Part shown: in pieces, positions 32,151 to 42,892 of the stretch
Layout: each line of letters begins with the position of its first letter
How positions within the stretch are numbered: position 1 is the stretch's first letter
Source of the DNA: Trichormus sp. ATA11-4-KO1
Lineage (GTDB): Bacteria; Cyanobacteriota; Cyanobacteriia; Cyanobacteriales; Nostocaceae
Length of the DNA: 64,000 bases
NCBI GenBank assembly: GCA_019358915.1
Contig: JAHHIM010000007.1
Coordinates: 48,303-112,302, forward strand
Reading direction: 5' to 3'
The notes under the pieces: generated by a model
Told to the model about the DNA's origin: nothing
The model's database searches: none
The model's input: the letters and a program-made list of their open reading frames with translations, nothing else
Translations under genes and position numbers: made by a program

Positions 32151-33386
32151 ATGAAGCTACTAAAAACTATCAAAATGTTGAGCAGTCTTAGCCTTATAGG
32201 GCTTGTATCCTGCAATGGTACACCAACTGCACCGATAAGTACTAACGAGAACCAAGAAACCACATCACCGTCAATTCAGACAGCAGCAACGACTTCGGAA
32301 ACAGAAGCTTGTAAATTTGTGGAAGATGGCGTTGGTTCCCCAGGAAAAGTAAAAGTCAGAGCAGAAGAAGTAGTCACAGGTTTAGAGATTCCTTGGGGAA
32401 TTGCTTTTTTACCAAATGAGCAAATGCTGGTGACGGAAAGACCAGGCAGGGTGCGATTAGTGCAAAATGGAGAATTAGCGCGATCGCCTGTTGCTACCCT
32501 AAAAATTACAGCTTCAGGTGAGGGTGGGTTACTAGGAATTGCTGCACACCCAGATTTTGCCAGTAACCGATTTTTCTACTTGTACTACACCACTGATAAA
32601 AATGGCTCACCAGTCAACCGAGTGGAGCGTTGGCAATTGTCATCAGATGGATTGAGTGCATCCTCAGATAAAATTATTATTGATGATATTCCGGCGGCTC
32701 TTTATCATAATGGCGGTCGCTTGCGCTTTGGCCCCGATGGAATGCTTTATATCGGTACTGGTGACGCTAGGGAACCGCAAGCTTCTCAAAACGTTAATAG
32801 TTTAGCCGGAAAGATTCTCCGCTTAACTCCAGACGGACAGATTCCCTCAGATAATCCATTTCCTGATAATCCCGTCTTTATTACGGGTATTCGCAACACC
32901 CAAGGTTTTGACTGGCATAATCCATCAACTTTGTTTGTCACAGACCACGGACCCAGTGGAGAATTAGGCAGAAGGGGTGAGGATAAAGTTTCTGTGTTAC
33001 AAGCAGGTGAAAATATGGGCTGGCCTGCCGTAGAAAATTGTGAAGCTGAAGCTAAATTCGTGCAGCCATCATTGGTTTGGCGACAAGCCGCACCTCCAGG
33101 CGGGGCAGCAATTTATACTGGAAATTCTGTTCCCGAGTGGAAAGGCAACTTAATTATTGGCACTCTTGGTTCCAGACATCTGCACAGAGTTGTTTTCGAC
33201 TCAGCAAATCCCAGACAAGTACAAACCCATGAAGTTTACTTTCAGGGAAATTCCCCCAATGGTTTTGGGCGAATTAGGGATGTCATCATGGGTGCAGATA
33301 ACGAGTTATACATCACTACCAGTAATTGTGATGGACGTGGTAGCTGCCCCCCAGATCAGGATAAAATCCTCCGCATTACGCAATAA
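32151..33386 (+). CDS. PQQ-dependent sugar dehydrogenase (GSDH family) lipoprotein
   Basis: Lipobox GLVSC, PWGIAFLP, GEGGLLG, HNGGRLRFGPDG and GIRNTQG. Confidence 0.88.
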   Translation: MKLLKTIKMLSSLSLIGLVSCNGTPTAPISTNENQETTSPSIQTAATTSETEACKFVEDGVGSPGKVKVRAEEVVTGLEIPWGIAFLPNEQMLVTERPGRVRLVQNGELARSPVATLKITASGEGGLLGIAAHPDFASNRFFYLYYTTDKNGSPVNRVERWQLSSDGLSASSDKIIIDDIPAALYHNGGRLRFGPDGMLYIGTGDAREPQASQNVNSLAGKILRLTPDGQIPSDNPFPDNPVFITGIRNTQGFDWHNPSTLFVTDHGPSGELGRRGEDKVSVLQAGENMGWPAVENCEAEAKFVQPSLVWRQAAPPGGAAIYTGNSVPEWKGNLIIGTLGSRHLHRVVFDSANPRQVQTHEVYFQGNSPNGFGRIRDVIMGADNELYITTSNCDGRGSCPPDQDKILRITQ

Positions 33387-33470
33387 AATTTCTTTTCTCT
33401 GCGTCTCTGCGTGAGGCAAATTCCCAAATTACATGTTACGTAATTCATGGTTGAGTAAGTCCCACAACGA

Positions 33471-33548
33471 CATTCGTAATTCGTAATTCTTAATTCGTAA
33501 TAGAGCCTCCGGATGCCGCCAGGCTGTACGTAATTCGTAATTTGGTAT
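33471..33548. repeat. AATTCGT heptamer tract (STRR)
   Basis: ATTCGTA/ATTCTTA tandem units; reverse-complement tract at about 23148-23176. Confidence 0.65.
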
Positions 33549-33590
33549 TGTTCAACAAAAGAGCAAGTAGGGATTGCGGTAACGCATCGA

Positions 33591-34030
33591 AATGGCTTAA
33601 AGCAAAGTAAAAATGAATTAGGTTGGGCAGATTATCGTTTTACTCGCTATGAAGATATTGAGCGATGGTGGGAGATTGTTTGCAGTGCCTACTTGATGGT
33701 TAGCCTTCATTCAGAATCTCTGCTTCCTTCTCCACCAGATTCTCAATCAACATTTGCTTCTCATCCCTGGTGGGATTATGGTAAGGGTTGGAAGAATATT
33801 CTCAACAATCTTCGTCTCATACTTCAACCTTTTAACCTATTTAACTTAATTCAACCTTGGCTTTCAGTTTTTTATTTTGAATTTTGAATTTTGAATTGAT
33901 TCATATCCCTCAATTATCTTTAGGATTTGCTAAACTTCAATCCATTGTTTATTACCTTACCTCTCCTCTTGTTACCTTCCTGACTCACCCTGATTTCTAT
34001 TTTTCTTCCGCCTAAAGTGACACAACAGGG
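33591..34030 (+). mobile_element. IS701-family transposase relic (3' part plus right end)
   Basis: Frame reads GLKQSKNELGWADYRFTRYEDIERWWEIVCSAYLMVSL...WKNILNNLRLILQP, then resumes after a 29-nt insertion to ...HPDFYFSSA*, followed by AAAGTGACACAACAGGG; no N-terminal DDE part. Confidence 0.75.
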
Positions 34031-34332
34031 TTAATTAATCAAGCAGTGCAGGATGAAAATTTTTAGTTATGTCTGCTAATTGCTAATGAGATTCTTGCCA
34101 TAAGGCATTAGCCATAAGCTATTAGCAGTTTTTATTCATCATCACAAATTCCTAGGGATTTGGTTAATTACAAGGGTATTTTGTCTTAATCCTCACTTTG
34201 GTAGTAAAATAACGATGTTAAGTTTTATATCCGAAGTTAAAGGGTATAAAACTGATACGCACAAAACCTGTAATTTCCTAAGCTGCTGCAACAGCTTTAA
34301 ACTGGAAAACAGTAAAGAGAGGATTTCACAAA

Positions 34333-34935
34333 ATGGCATTTGTACAGCCCCCCCTACCTTTCGACTTTAATGCTCTAGAGCCGTATGGCATGAAAGGCGA
34401 AACCTTCGAGTATCACTATGGCAAGCATCACAAGGCTTATGTAGATAACCTAAACAAGCTCACTGACGGTACGGAACTTGCGGAAAAATCTCTGGAAGAT
34501 GTTATCCAAGTTGCCTTTAAAGATTCCTCTAAGGCGGGAATCTTCAATAATGCTGCCCAAGTTTGGAATCACACTTTTTTCTGGAATTCCTTGAAGCCAG
34601 CAGGTGGTGGCACACCCACCGGAGAACTCGCCGCCAAGATTAATCAAGATTTTGGTAGCTTTGATAAATTTAAAGAAGAATTCTCTAGCGCGGCTGCAAC
34701 TCAGTTTGGCAGTGGCTGGGCTTGGCTAATTGATGATGGTGGTACCCTAAAGGTGATGAAGACACCGAATGCCGAGAACCCCTTAGCTCATGGTAAAAAG
34801 GCACTCCTAACTTTAGATGTTTGGGAACATGCCTACTACATCGACCATAGAAATGCCCGTCCGGCGTTCATCAAGAACTTCTTAGACCAGTTGGTAAACT
34901 GGGAATTTGCTGCTGAAAATTACGCCAAAGCCTAA
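34333..34935 (+). CDS. sodB: Fe superoxide dismutase
   Basis: [23 protein letters not shown] and [11 protein letters not shown] and lack of transit peptide fit the Fe form. Confidence 0.93.
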   Translation: MAFVQPPLPFDFNALEPYGMKGETFEYHYGKHHKAYVDNLNKLTDGTELAEKSLEDVIQVAFKDSSKAGIFNNAAQVWNHTFFWNSLKPAGGGTPTGELAAKINQDFGSFDKFKEEFSSAAATQFGSGWAWLIDDGGTLKVMKTPNAENPLAHGKKALLTLDVWEHAYYIDHRNARPAFIKNFLDQLVNWEFAAENYAKA

Positions 34936-35020
34936 CTAGCTGTCAGTTTTTTACTAAATGAGATAGTGGCTTTGCTAGCTTTGTAAAGCAAAAACAATCA
35001 GTTAATTTACAAATATTATC

Positions 35021-35051
35021 AGCAGTCACGATATAAATCGTGGCTGTTTTT
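35021..35051 (+). terminator. Intrinsic terminator after sodB
   Basis: AGCAGTCACGAT-ATAA-ATCGTGGCTGT followed by a T-tract. Confidence 0.6.
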
Positions 35052-35119
35052 AATTAATTCAACATGTTGCGCCCTTCCCAACTGTCTCATGTATCTTAAA
35101 AAGAGAGGCTACTATTCTT

Positions 35120-35168
35120 ACTCAGCACTCCCCTTCGGCTTCGCTCAGGGCAAGCGCACTCAGCACTT
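35120..35168 (+). repeat. Short dispersed repeat embedded in CAGCACT heptamers
   Basis: ACTCAGCACTCCCCTTCGRCTTCGCTCAGGGCWAGCGCACTCAGCACT; near-identical copies at 47720-47767 (+) and 51233-51280 (-). Confidence 0.85.
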
Positions 35169-35194
35169 AGAAAAGCACTCAGTACTTGAAAAAT

Positions 35195-35401
35195 ATGAAC
35201 AGTATAGAACTAGCAAAATACTTAGAATCAACAAATAGCATTGCCAAACCTTGGCTATTAGTGCAACTGCGTCTCAAGAAATTACAAGAACGCCAAGCTA
35301 GTATTTCCGAAGATGCCTACGCCAATGAATTAGCAGACATACACGAAGACTTGATGAACTTGGGTGAATGGTGGCGGGGGATTGAAAACCAAGTATTTTG
35401 A
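35195..35401 (+). CDS. Small conserved hypothetical protein
   Basis: 68-aa ORF, KPWLLVQLRLKKLQER...LGEWWRG.E. Confidence 0.7.
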   Translation: MNSIELAKYLESTNSIAKPWLLVQLRLKKLQERQASISEDAYANELADIHEDLMNLGEWWRGIENQVF

Positions 35402-35474
35402 CCATCAACTAACAACTGACACTGTTGAGATGATAGCCTAAGTTGGTAAGGGATTGATAACGGTGCAGTCAGGA

Positions 35475-36500
35475 ATGGATTATCGGGATGCAGGGGTTGA
35501 TGTTGAGGCTGGTCGAGCCTTTGTAGATCAAATTCGCAATTTGGTTCACAGCACCTTTAGACCGGAAGTAATTGGTGGAATAGGTGGTTTTGGTGGTTGC
35601 TTCCAACTACCAGGGGGTTTTCAGGAACCAGTGCTAGTTTCTGGCACAGATGGTGTGGGGACAAAGTTGAAACTTGCCCAAATTCTCAACCGCCATGACA
35701 CCGTTGGCATTGATTTAGTTGCCATGTGCGTTAATGATGTGCTGACATCAGGCGCAGAACCGCTATTCTTTTTGGATTATGTGGCCACAGGTAAGTTAGA
35801 ACCAGAGCAATTAACTCAAGTGGTAGCGGGTATAGCTTCTGGGTGTAGACTGGCAGGTTGTGCCTTATTGGGAGGAGAAACGGCAGAAATGCCTGGTTTC
35901 TACCAAGTGGGTGAGTATGACTTAGCTGGGTTTTGTGTGGGAATTGTAGAAAAAAGCCAGATGCTGGATAGTTCCCAGGTACAAATTGGGGATGTAGCGA
36001 TCGCACTTGCTAGCGCTGGTGTCCACAGTAATGGCTTAAGTTTAGTGCGGAAAATTGTGGCTGATGGTGGCTTTTCTTGGGATGAAAGCCCAGAATTATT
36101 AGGTGGTGAAACTATCGGCGCAGCTTTCCTCAAACCTACACAAATTTATGTCAAACCTGTTCTAGCATCTCGTCAAGCCGGGTTAGAAATTCACGGTATG
36201 GCTCATATTACAGGCGGCGGTTTACCAGAAAATTTACCCAGATGCTTGGGTCAAGGTCAAGCAATCAAAATTAACCCTAATAGTTGGACTACTCCTTCTC
36301 TATTTCAGTGGTTAGCTGAAGTTGGTTCAGTTAGTGCCAAGGCCATGTACAATACCTTCAATATGGGGATTGGATTTGTGTTGTTGGTACCACCTAATCA
36401 AGCAAAACAAACAATTGCCTTTTTTAAATCACAGGATATTTCAGCTTTTGCGATTGGTGAAGTCATTACTGGTTCGGGTACCTTGGAAGGATTACCGTAA
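35475..36500 (+). CDS. purM: Phosphoribosylformylglycinamidine cyclo-ligase
   Basis: [32 protein letters not shown] and TFNMGIG. Confidence 0.97.
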   Translation: MDYRDAGVDVEAGRAFVDQIRNLVHSTFRPEVIGGIGGFGGCFQLPGGFQEPVLVSGTDGVGTKLKLAQILNRHDTVGIDLVAMCVNDVLTSGAEPLFFLDYVATGKLEPEQLTQVVAGIASGCRLAGCALLGGETAEMPGFYQVGEYDLAGFCVGIVEKSQMLDSSQVQIGDVAIALASAGVHSNGLSLVRKIVADGGFSWDESPELLGGETIGAAFLKPTQIYVKPVLASRQAGLEIHGMAHITGGGLPENLPRCLGQGQAIKINPNSWTTPSLFQWLAEVGSVSAKAMYNTFNMGIGFVLLVPPNQAKQTIAFFKSQDISAFAIGEVITGSGTLEGLP

Positions 36501-36828
36501 TTGCAAAAATTATTTATACATGGAACTCAATACTACTTCTAGATTAATAGAGTAGTTAAATCTACTAAAATTCATAACTTTTGGGAAAATTTTTCTCAGT
36601 ATTTAAATAAATTTTTGAAAAAAATTTTACTTGCTTTATCACAGCAATCGGAAATACTCATGGCCACAAGCATTGAGATTTGCTAAGGTAGTCTTAACAT
36701 ATTGAAAAAATTGGCTAATGAAGTTGAGACAATGACTACCAACATTTTTTTAAAGTGCTGGCATCTTCTCACCTATAAGTGTGGCGTGTTCGTGTATAGA
36801 AAATTACATATTTAGTTCAGAGGTGGTT

Positions 36829-37515
36829 ATGGTAGTAAATTTTGCTCGGACATCTGCTTCCGCCGAACTGTTAAGGCAAATATTTCAGAGCATTAATGCA
36901 CAAAGCTGTCCCAAGTTATTCAATTTTCATATGCACACTGTCCACTCAGATGGAAAGTTGCAACCAAGTACATTGATGGAACAGGCGATCGCTATCGGTT
37001 TGCAAGGATTAGCCATAACCGACCACCATAATATTGGTGGGTATGAAGCAGCACAAATTTGGTTAGAAGATTGGCAATGGAAAAATCCTGGTGCAAACAC
37101 TCCTCGTCTCTGGAGTGGGGTGGAAATTAATGCCAATCTTTTGGATATTGAAGTTCACATTTTAGCTTACGCTTTTGAGCCAGGAAACCTGAGTATAAAA
37201 CCTTATTTACAAAGAAAAGCTACCACAGGCCAAGAATATCAAGCTACTAATGTAATTGCTGCTATACATGATGCTGGGGGTTTGGCAGTTTTAGCTCATC
37301 CAGCTCGTTACAGGCGATCGCATTTCGACTTAATTCCTGCTGCTGCTGAACAGGGAATTGATGGTGTTGAATCTTTCTACGCTTACAACAACCCTAAACC
37401 CTGGAGACCAAGTGCTTTGGAATCACAACAGATGCAACAGCTAGCTAGTAAATATCATCTTTTAAATACCTGTGGTACTGATACCCACGGTTTAAGCCTG
37501 CTACAACGTTTGTAA
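36829..37515 (+). CDS. PHP-domain metal-dependent phosphoesterase
   Basis: FHMHTVHSDG, AITDHH, GVEI, LAHPARY and GTDTHG. Confidence 0.88.
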   Translation: MVVNFARTSASAELLRQIFQSINAQSCPKLFNFHMHTVHSDGKLQPSTLMEQAIAIGLQGLAITDHHNIGGYEAAQIWLEDWQWKNPGANTPRLWSGVEINANLLDIEVHILAYAFEPGNLSIKPYLQRKATTGQEYQATNVIAAIHDAGGLAVLAHPARYRRSHFDLIPAAAEQGIDGVESFYAYNNPKPWRPSALESQQMQQLASKYHLLNTCGTDTHGLSLLQRL

Positions 37516-37723
37516 ACAAGAGTCGATTAATAACACTCCTGGTTTTAGTAGCCAGGGGGTTTATCAGGTAGGACGAGAGGTGCAAATGGCAAAAAAAAAG
37601 ATGTGTTTTTTAATGTTTAACTAGATGCTATAACTAATAGTCTGGCATAACAGCTACTGAAGAACCATAATCATTAGAAGTTTAAGTATGAAAAACCGTT
37701 GTTTTTTGTGTGTTCTCAGTTGT

Positions 37724-38299
37724 TTACAATAATCTTGCTAAAGGCAGAGTAAACCCAGGCACGACATTTTCACCACTCAAAATTGCCGTAGCTGGATACT
37801 GAGTAATCGAACCATCTTGTCGATAAACTAAAGCTTGCTGATTTTGGCGGTCAATTAACCATCCCAACTGCACACCATTAGCAATATATTCTGACATCTT
37901 GGCTTTGAGTTTCGCCAAACTGTCGTTTTTAGAACGAATTTCTATCACAAAATCAGGCGCTAAATTGATAAAAGCGTCCTCTTGCTGATCCCAATTTTCT
38001 GGTAACCGTCCTTTAGCTACAAAAGCAGCATCAGGTGCTCTGACAGCCGTATTTGCTAATTTAAAACCCGTACTTGGCCCAAAAACTTCACCTAAATCTT
38101 GACTTTCCACCCAAGCCAACAAATAAGCTCCTGCTTTTATTTCTCGATTTCCAGAAATTCCCCCAGTTGGTGGCATAGTTTCTAAAGTTCCATCAGCATT
38201 ACGTTCAAACCGCAGTTCTGGGTTTTGCGAACTCATCAACATCAATTCTTCATCAGTGACAGTATAAAAAGGCTGCACAGTTACTTGTTCACTATTCAT
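37724..38299 (-). CDS. Uma2-family endonuclease-fold protein
   Basis: RAPDAAFV, APDFVIEIRS, KMSEY..NGVQLGWLID and LSGENVVPGF. Confidence 0.9.
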   Translation of the reverse strand: MNSEQVTVQPFYTVTDEELMLMSSQNPELRFERNADGTLETMPPTGGISGNREIKAGAYLLAWVESQDLGEVFGPSTGFKLANTAVRAPDAAFVAKGRLPENWDQQEDAFINLAPDFVIEIRSKNDSLAKLKAKMSEYIANGVQLGWLIDRQNQQALVYRQDGSITQYPATAILSGENVVPGFTLPLARLL

Positions 38300-38466
38300 G
38301 ATGATGCCATAGCCAGCTTGATAGACATCTTCATTTTACTGTGTATACACGCTATCAACCTTGTTTCTTCCTTCGCGTCCTTTGCGCCTAAAGCCCTTAC
38401 GGGCATACTCTACGAGAAGATAGTTCGTTTTAAAATTGACCTCAAAACTAAGCGCATAAAAAAATA

Positions 38467-39039
38467 ATGCTCACAGAACGCTTTACCGCAGCCCTCACCT
38501 ACGCCACCCAACTCCACGCCAAACAAGTGCGTAAAGGCTCAGGCGTCCCCTATATTGCTCATTTATTAGGTGCTGCCAGTATTGCTTTAGAATATGGAGC
38601 CAATGAAGACGAAGCGATCGCAGCTCTTTTACATGATGCCATCGAAGACCAAGGTGGTGCTGCTACACGAGCAGAAATTCGCCGCCGCTTTGGTGACCAT
38701 GTCACAGCCATTGTCGATGGTTGTACAGATGCCGATACCACACCCAAACCCCCTTGGCGACAGCGCAAAGAAGCTTATATTGCCCACCTTGCCACTGCTT
38801 CCCCCTCAGTATTACTGGTATCAGCAGCCGATAAACTTTATAATGCCCAGTCAATTCTCAAAGATTATCGCCTATTAGGTGAATCACTTTGGCAACGCTT
38901 TCAAGCAGGTAGAGAAGGAACTCTTTGGTATTATCGAGCGATCGCGGATGCCTTTACCAAGACTGGAACTACTCCACTAGTTCAAGAATTAGAACGAGTA
39001 GTGACAGCAATCGAAATCTTGGCATCTAATAAAAAATGA
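38467..39039 (+). CDS. Stand-alone HD-domain protein (SpoT/Mesh1-like small alarmone hydrolase fold)
   Basis: H..QVRKGSGVPYIAH, AALLHDAIED and ADKLYNA. Confidence 0.82.
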   Translation: MLTERFTAALTYATQLHAKQVRKGSGVPYIAHLLGAASIALEYGANEDEAIAALLHDAIEDQGGAATRAEIRRRFGDHVTAIVDGCTDADTTPKPPWRQRKEAYIAHLATASPSVLLVSAADKLYNAQSILKDYRLLGESLWQRFQAGREGTLWYYRAIADAFTKTGTTPLVQELERVVTAIEILASNKK

Positions 39040-39086
39040 AGGCTGAAGGCTGAAAAAAATTCATACTTCATACTTCATACTTCATA
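39038..39086. repeat. Heptamer tracts between convergent genes
   Basis: (GAAGGCT)2 then (TTCATAC)3. Confidence 0.65.
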
Positions 39087-39129
39087 TTTTTGATGCCAAA
39101 TTGTCACGAAAAAAACAGTATTTTCTGGG

Positions 39130-40146
39130 CTAGCGGAACATACTACTGACTGAAGTATCTTCGTGAATTCGCCAGATGGTTTCCCCTAACAGATTAGCTA
39201 CTGAAAGCACCACTAATTGTGGAAAGCGATCGCTTTCTGGTATGGGAATTGTATTTGTGACAATGACTTCCTCAAATAAGCCACTTGACAAACGCTCCTG
39301 CGCTGGAGGAGAAAAAACGGCATGAGTTGCACAGGCGTATACCTGACTTGCACCTTCCTCACGCAGCAATCTTGCTCCTTCGGTAATTGTGCCACCAGTG
39401 TCGATCATGTCATCTACTAAAATTGCCGTTTTGCCCTTGACATCACCGATAACGTTCAATACTTCGGCGACATTGTGAGCCTGACGACGTTTATCAATAA
39501 TGGCAAGCGGTGCATCATCCAGCTTTTTCGCAAATGCTCTAGCTCGTGCGACACCGCCGACATCGGGAGAAACAACTACAATGTCAGATAGTTGTTTACT
39601 CGCCAAATAATCGAGAATTACTGGCGAACCGTAAACATGGTCAAAAGGTATATCGAAATAGCCTTGAATTTGAGCCGAGTGCAAATCCATAGCTAGAACA
39701 CGGCTAGCCCCTGCTTTTGTAATCAGGTTGGCCACCAATTTAGCGGTGATTGACTCTCGTCCTGCCGTTTTGCGATCGGCACGAGCATAGCCATAATAGG
39801 GAATTACTGCTGTTATCTGTCGCGCCGAAGCTCGACGACAGGCGTCAACCATAATCAGCAATTCCATCAAATGATCATTAACTGGTTGGCAAGTTGGTTG
39901 AATTAAATAAACATCACAACCCCGAATTGACTCTTGGATTTGAACGTATAGTTCTCCATCCGCGAATCTTTTACGAATCATTGGCCCCAAGTCCATGCCC
40001 AGATAACGAGCGACTTCTTGAGACAGTTGTACATTGGCAGAGCCAGAAAATAGCCGCAGGCGATGATTTTCAGTCAGTCCTGTTGCAGCTGGTTGCACTT
40101 TTAAAGTTGCAGAACTGAGCACAGCAGATCCTCGATGTGCATTCAT
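39130..40146 (-). CDS. prs: Ribose-phosphate pyrophosphokinase
   Basis: RFADGE, PYYGYARADRK, DLHSAQIQG, SPDVGGV and VDDMIDTGGT. Confidence 0.97.
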   Translation of the reverse strand: MNAHRGSAVLSSATLKVQPAATGLTENHRLRLFSGSANVQLSQEVARYLGMDLGPMIRKRFADGELYVQIQESIRGCDVYLIQPTCQPVNDHLMELLIMVDACRRASARQITAVIPYYGYARADRKTAGRESITAKLVANLITKAGASRVLAMDLHSAQIQGYFDIPFDHVYGSPVILDYLASKQLSDIVVVSPDVGGVARARAFAKKLDDAPLAIIDKRRQAHNVAEVLNVIGDVKGKTAILVDDMIDTGGTITEGARLLREEGASQVYACATHAVFSPPAQERLSSGLFEEVIVTNTIPIPESDRFPQLVVLSVANLLGETIWRIHEDTSVSSMFR

Positions 40147-40927
40147 GGCAATACTATCATTAGATAATTAGCAGATTTAACTGAAGTAGCGTAAAAAAAC
40201 ATCTGTGAGCTTTCTTAAAGCTTTCATAAAAACTTTAAACATTTCTCAATATAATTATTTTTGGTTCATGTTTTAGTCCTTGTGGTAAACAAACCATTAA
40301 ATTGATAGCTGAACTGAGATCAAGTCTGTAAACTAGCCGAATAATTGAGTGAATCTAAGCAATCCAAAGCTCTAAGAGTTTGGGTTGATGGAGTATAGCT
40401 GCTATCTGTTTCATTCATCACTGAGAGTCAAGCCTTCACGGCTCAAGTAGTATTGAACAGGGAATCAGAAAGTAGAAACACTCACGAATAAATTCATCAG
40501 GGGCCGTTGAATGTTGGTTGGATACTCTATGATACTAGCTGCAAAATTATAAACTAGCAGACTAGATTTTTAATAGTAAATCACACAAAAAATTCCCATC
40601 AGCAGCGAATTTAACTGGCGTGAGTTGCGATCGCTGAGGATGGTTGGTAGTTATACATAGTGGCGTTTAGGTGGCTGCTTTGACTGCTATTTACGCAAGG
40701 AACCACAAAAAAAGCTGAAATTAATCATTTGCAGGCAGTTAGTCGCCTTCGCGATGACTTCCTGCCATTTTTCGCACATACTTACTGATAGCAGAGTGTG
40801 AAAATAGAGTTACATAAGTCTTTGAAGACTTACTTAGCACGTACGAACACGGAAATTCTGACCTTCTGTGCTTAAACTTATCTTTGTAAGTTGCTTCTTT
40901 ACCAGTTGCTATTACATTTAATTAATC

Positions 40928-42610
40928 ATGCAAGCACCTATTACAGTTGGTTCTATCCTGCAAAACCGTTACCGTATAATTCAAATTCTCGGACAAGGGG
41001 GATTTGGTAGAACTTATTTGGCAGAAGATCAGCGACGCTTTAACGAACTTTGCGCGATCAAGGAATTGATTCCAGTAACGGGATCTGATGCTTGGGAGAA
41101 AGCACAAGAGCTTTTCCAAAGAGAAGCGGCAATTCTGTATCAAATCGAACATAAACAAGTTCCTAAATTCCGAGAAAGATTTGAACAAGAACACCGCTTA
41201 TTTTTGGTGGAAGACTACGTTGCAGGTAAAACCTACCGAACTCTGCTGGCTGAGCGCTTAGCTGTTGGTCAAACCTTCACTGAAATAGAAGTATTGCAGT
41301 TAATACGCTTCTTGCTACCAGTGTTAGAGCATATTCATAGTCGAGGAATTATTCATCGAGATATCTCACCGGAAAATATTATTTTGCGAGACAGTGATAC
41401 CAAACCAGTGTTAATTGATTTTGGTGTAGTCAAGGAACTAGCAACGCGATTACAGTTCCCAGACAGCACAACGCCAGTTACCACCGTAGGTAAATTAGGC
41501 TACGCTCCCAGCGAACAAATGCAAACAGGTAGAGCTTATCCTAATAGTGATTTGTATGCACTAGCAGTCACAGGGATAGTGTTGTTGACTGGTAAAGAAC
41601 CAATTGAGCTATTTGATGAAACCCAACTAACTTGGAATTGGCAACGCTGGGTCAGGGTAAATCCCATATTTGCCCAGGTTTTGAATCAAATGTTAAATCA
41701 TCTACCAGGCGATCGCTACCACAGTGCTGCTGATGTAGCTCAAGCATTGCAGGCTGTAGACGGGCCAAGTATTCCTACTCCAGAAGTTTCTCACATCCAA
41801 ACAATTGCTGTGGGTCGTCGCCCAGATTTAGTCCAACCACCAGTTTCACCCTACAAACTAGAGCCAGTTATTCCACCCAGCCGTTCTAGCTCAATCTTAG
41901 ATAATCCGTTGGCTCTTGGGGCTATTGGTAGTGCGGTAGTCATTTTAGCAGGAGTCGGTTCTTGGGCGTTGGTCAGTTCTATCCGCAGTCAATCAAATGA
42001 ACTACCAGATGCAACATCACCACAAACTTTCCCTTCACCTGTTGTGACTGGTGGGGAGACTTTCACTCCTACACCTACACCTACACCCACACCTACCAGT
42101 GTTGAACCTGTAATATCTAGTAAGCGCCTCATTTTTGACGCATCTAACACCGCCATTGTTGAAGATACTATCAAAGAAAATCAAATTATCCAGTACACAT
42201 TCTTTGGCGAAGCAGGAGCCAAGTTAACGGCATTAATTGACCAAGCAAATGGAATTTCGCTAACAATTCTAGATGCCAATCAACAACCAATTGACACTAA
42301 TGCTCAGCAAGTAACAACCTATGAAGGAATATTGCCGATTAGTGGTAGATATATTATTCAGTTAACGCCAGATCCAGAAATTGCCGAAAGCGATTATATT
42401 CTCAATGTTGCATTAGAAAACCCAGTTATACCGACACCGACACTAACCCCAACACCAATTCCCATTCCCACCCCAACAGTCACCGAAACGCCAATTCCCA
42501 CACAGACACCCATACCAATCCCCGTACCTACACCAACCTTTGACGAAGAAAATAACACCCCTACTGATAACACACCAGAATTATTTCCTGATCCCACCAG
42601 TTCACCCTAA
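40928..42610 (+). CDS. Membrane Ser/Thr protein kinase with Pro-Thr linkers and an extracytoplasmic domain
   Basis: LGQGGFG, AIKE, HRDISPEN, DFG, one TM helix and PT repeats. Confidence 0.93.
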   Translation: MQAPITVGSILQNRYRIIQILGQGGFGRTYLAEDQRRFNELCAIKELIPVTGSDAWEKAQELFQREAAILYQIEHKQVPKFRERFEQEHRLFLVEDYVAGKTYRTLLAERLAVGQTFTEIEVLQLIRFLLPVLEHIHSRGIIHRDISPENIILRDSDTKPVLIDFGVVKELATRLQFPDSTTPVTTVGKLGYAPSEQMQTGRAYPNSDLYALAVTGIVLLTGKEPIELFDETQLTWNWQRWVRVNPIFAQVLNQMLNHLPGDRYHSAADVAQALQAVDGPSIPTPEVSHIQTIAVGRRPDLVQPPVSPYKLEPVIPPSRSSSILDNPLALGAIGSAVVILAGVGSWALVSSIRSQSNELPDATSPQTFPSPVVTGGETFTPTPTPTPTPTSVEPVISSKRLIFDASNTAIVEDTIKENQIIQYTFFGEAGAKLTALIDQANGISLTILDANQQPIDTNAQQVTTYEGILPISGRYIIQLTPDPEIAESDYILNVALENPVIPTPTLTPTPIPIPTPTVTETPIPTQTPIPIPVPTPTFDEENNTPTDNTPELFPDPTSSP

Positions 42611-42892
42611 ATTCAGTAGCTGTAATTGCCAATCAATAAAAATTATTGTGGGGTGCGCGTCCTCGCCCGCCCAGAAAAGGCATCTTGCCTGTTCCACAAG
42701 AAAATTCTCATGCCACATTTTAGCTTTGCCACGCCATGACTACGGAGCAAAATTTGGGGCTAATTAAACATAAGGTAAAATATGAATTTAAATGAACTTT
42801 AAGACAAAAACCCTGGCAATCAAGACTTGATGCTTGAATATTATTTTTATTTACATCTAGTTACTTGACAAAACTACTCTTCTAATCACAAA

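Noticed and set aside
37724..39039. Uma2 plus HD protein as a toxin-antitoxin or defence pair
   Set aside because: They are divergently oriented, Uma2 paralogues are very common in cyanobacteria, and no alarmone synthetase toxin is nearby.
42066..42540. ACACCT-type short repeats as a regulatory or mobile repeat
   Set aside because: They simply encode the Pro-Thr linkers of the Ser/Thr kinase.
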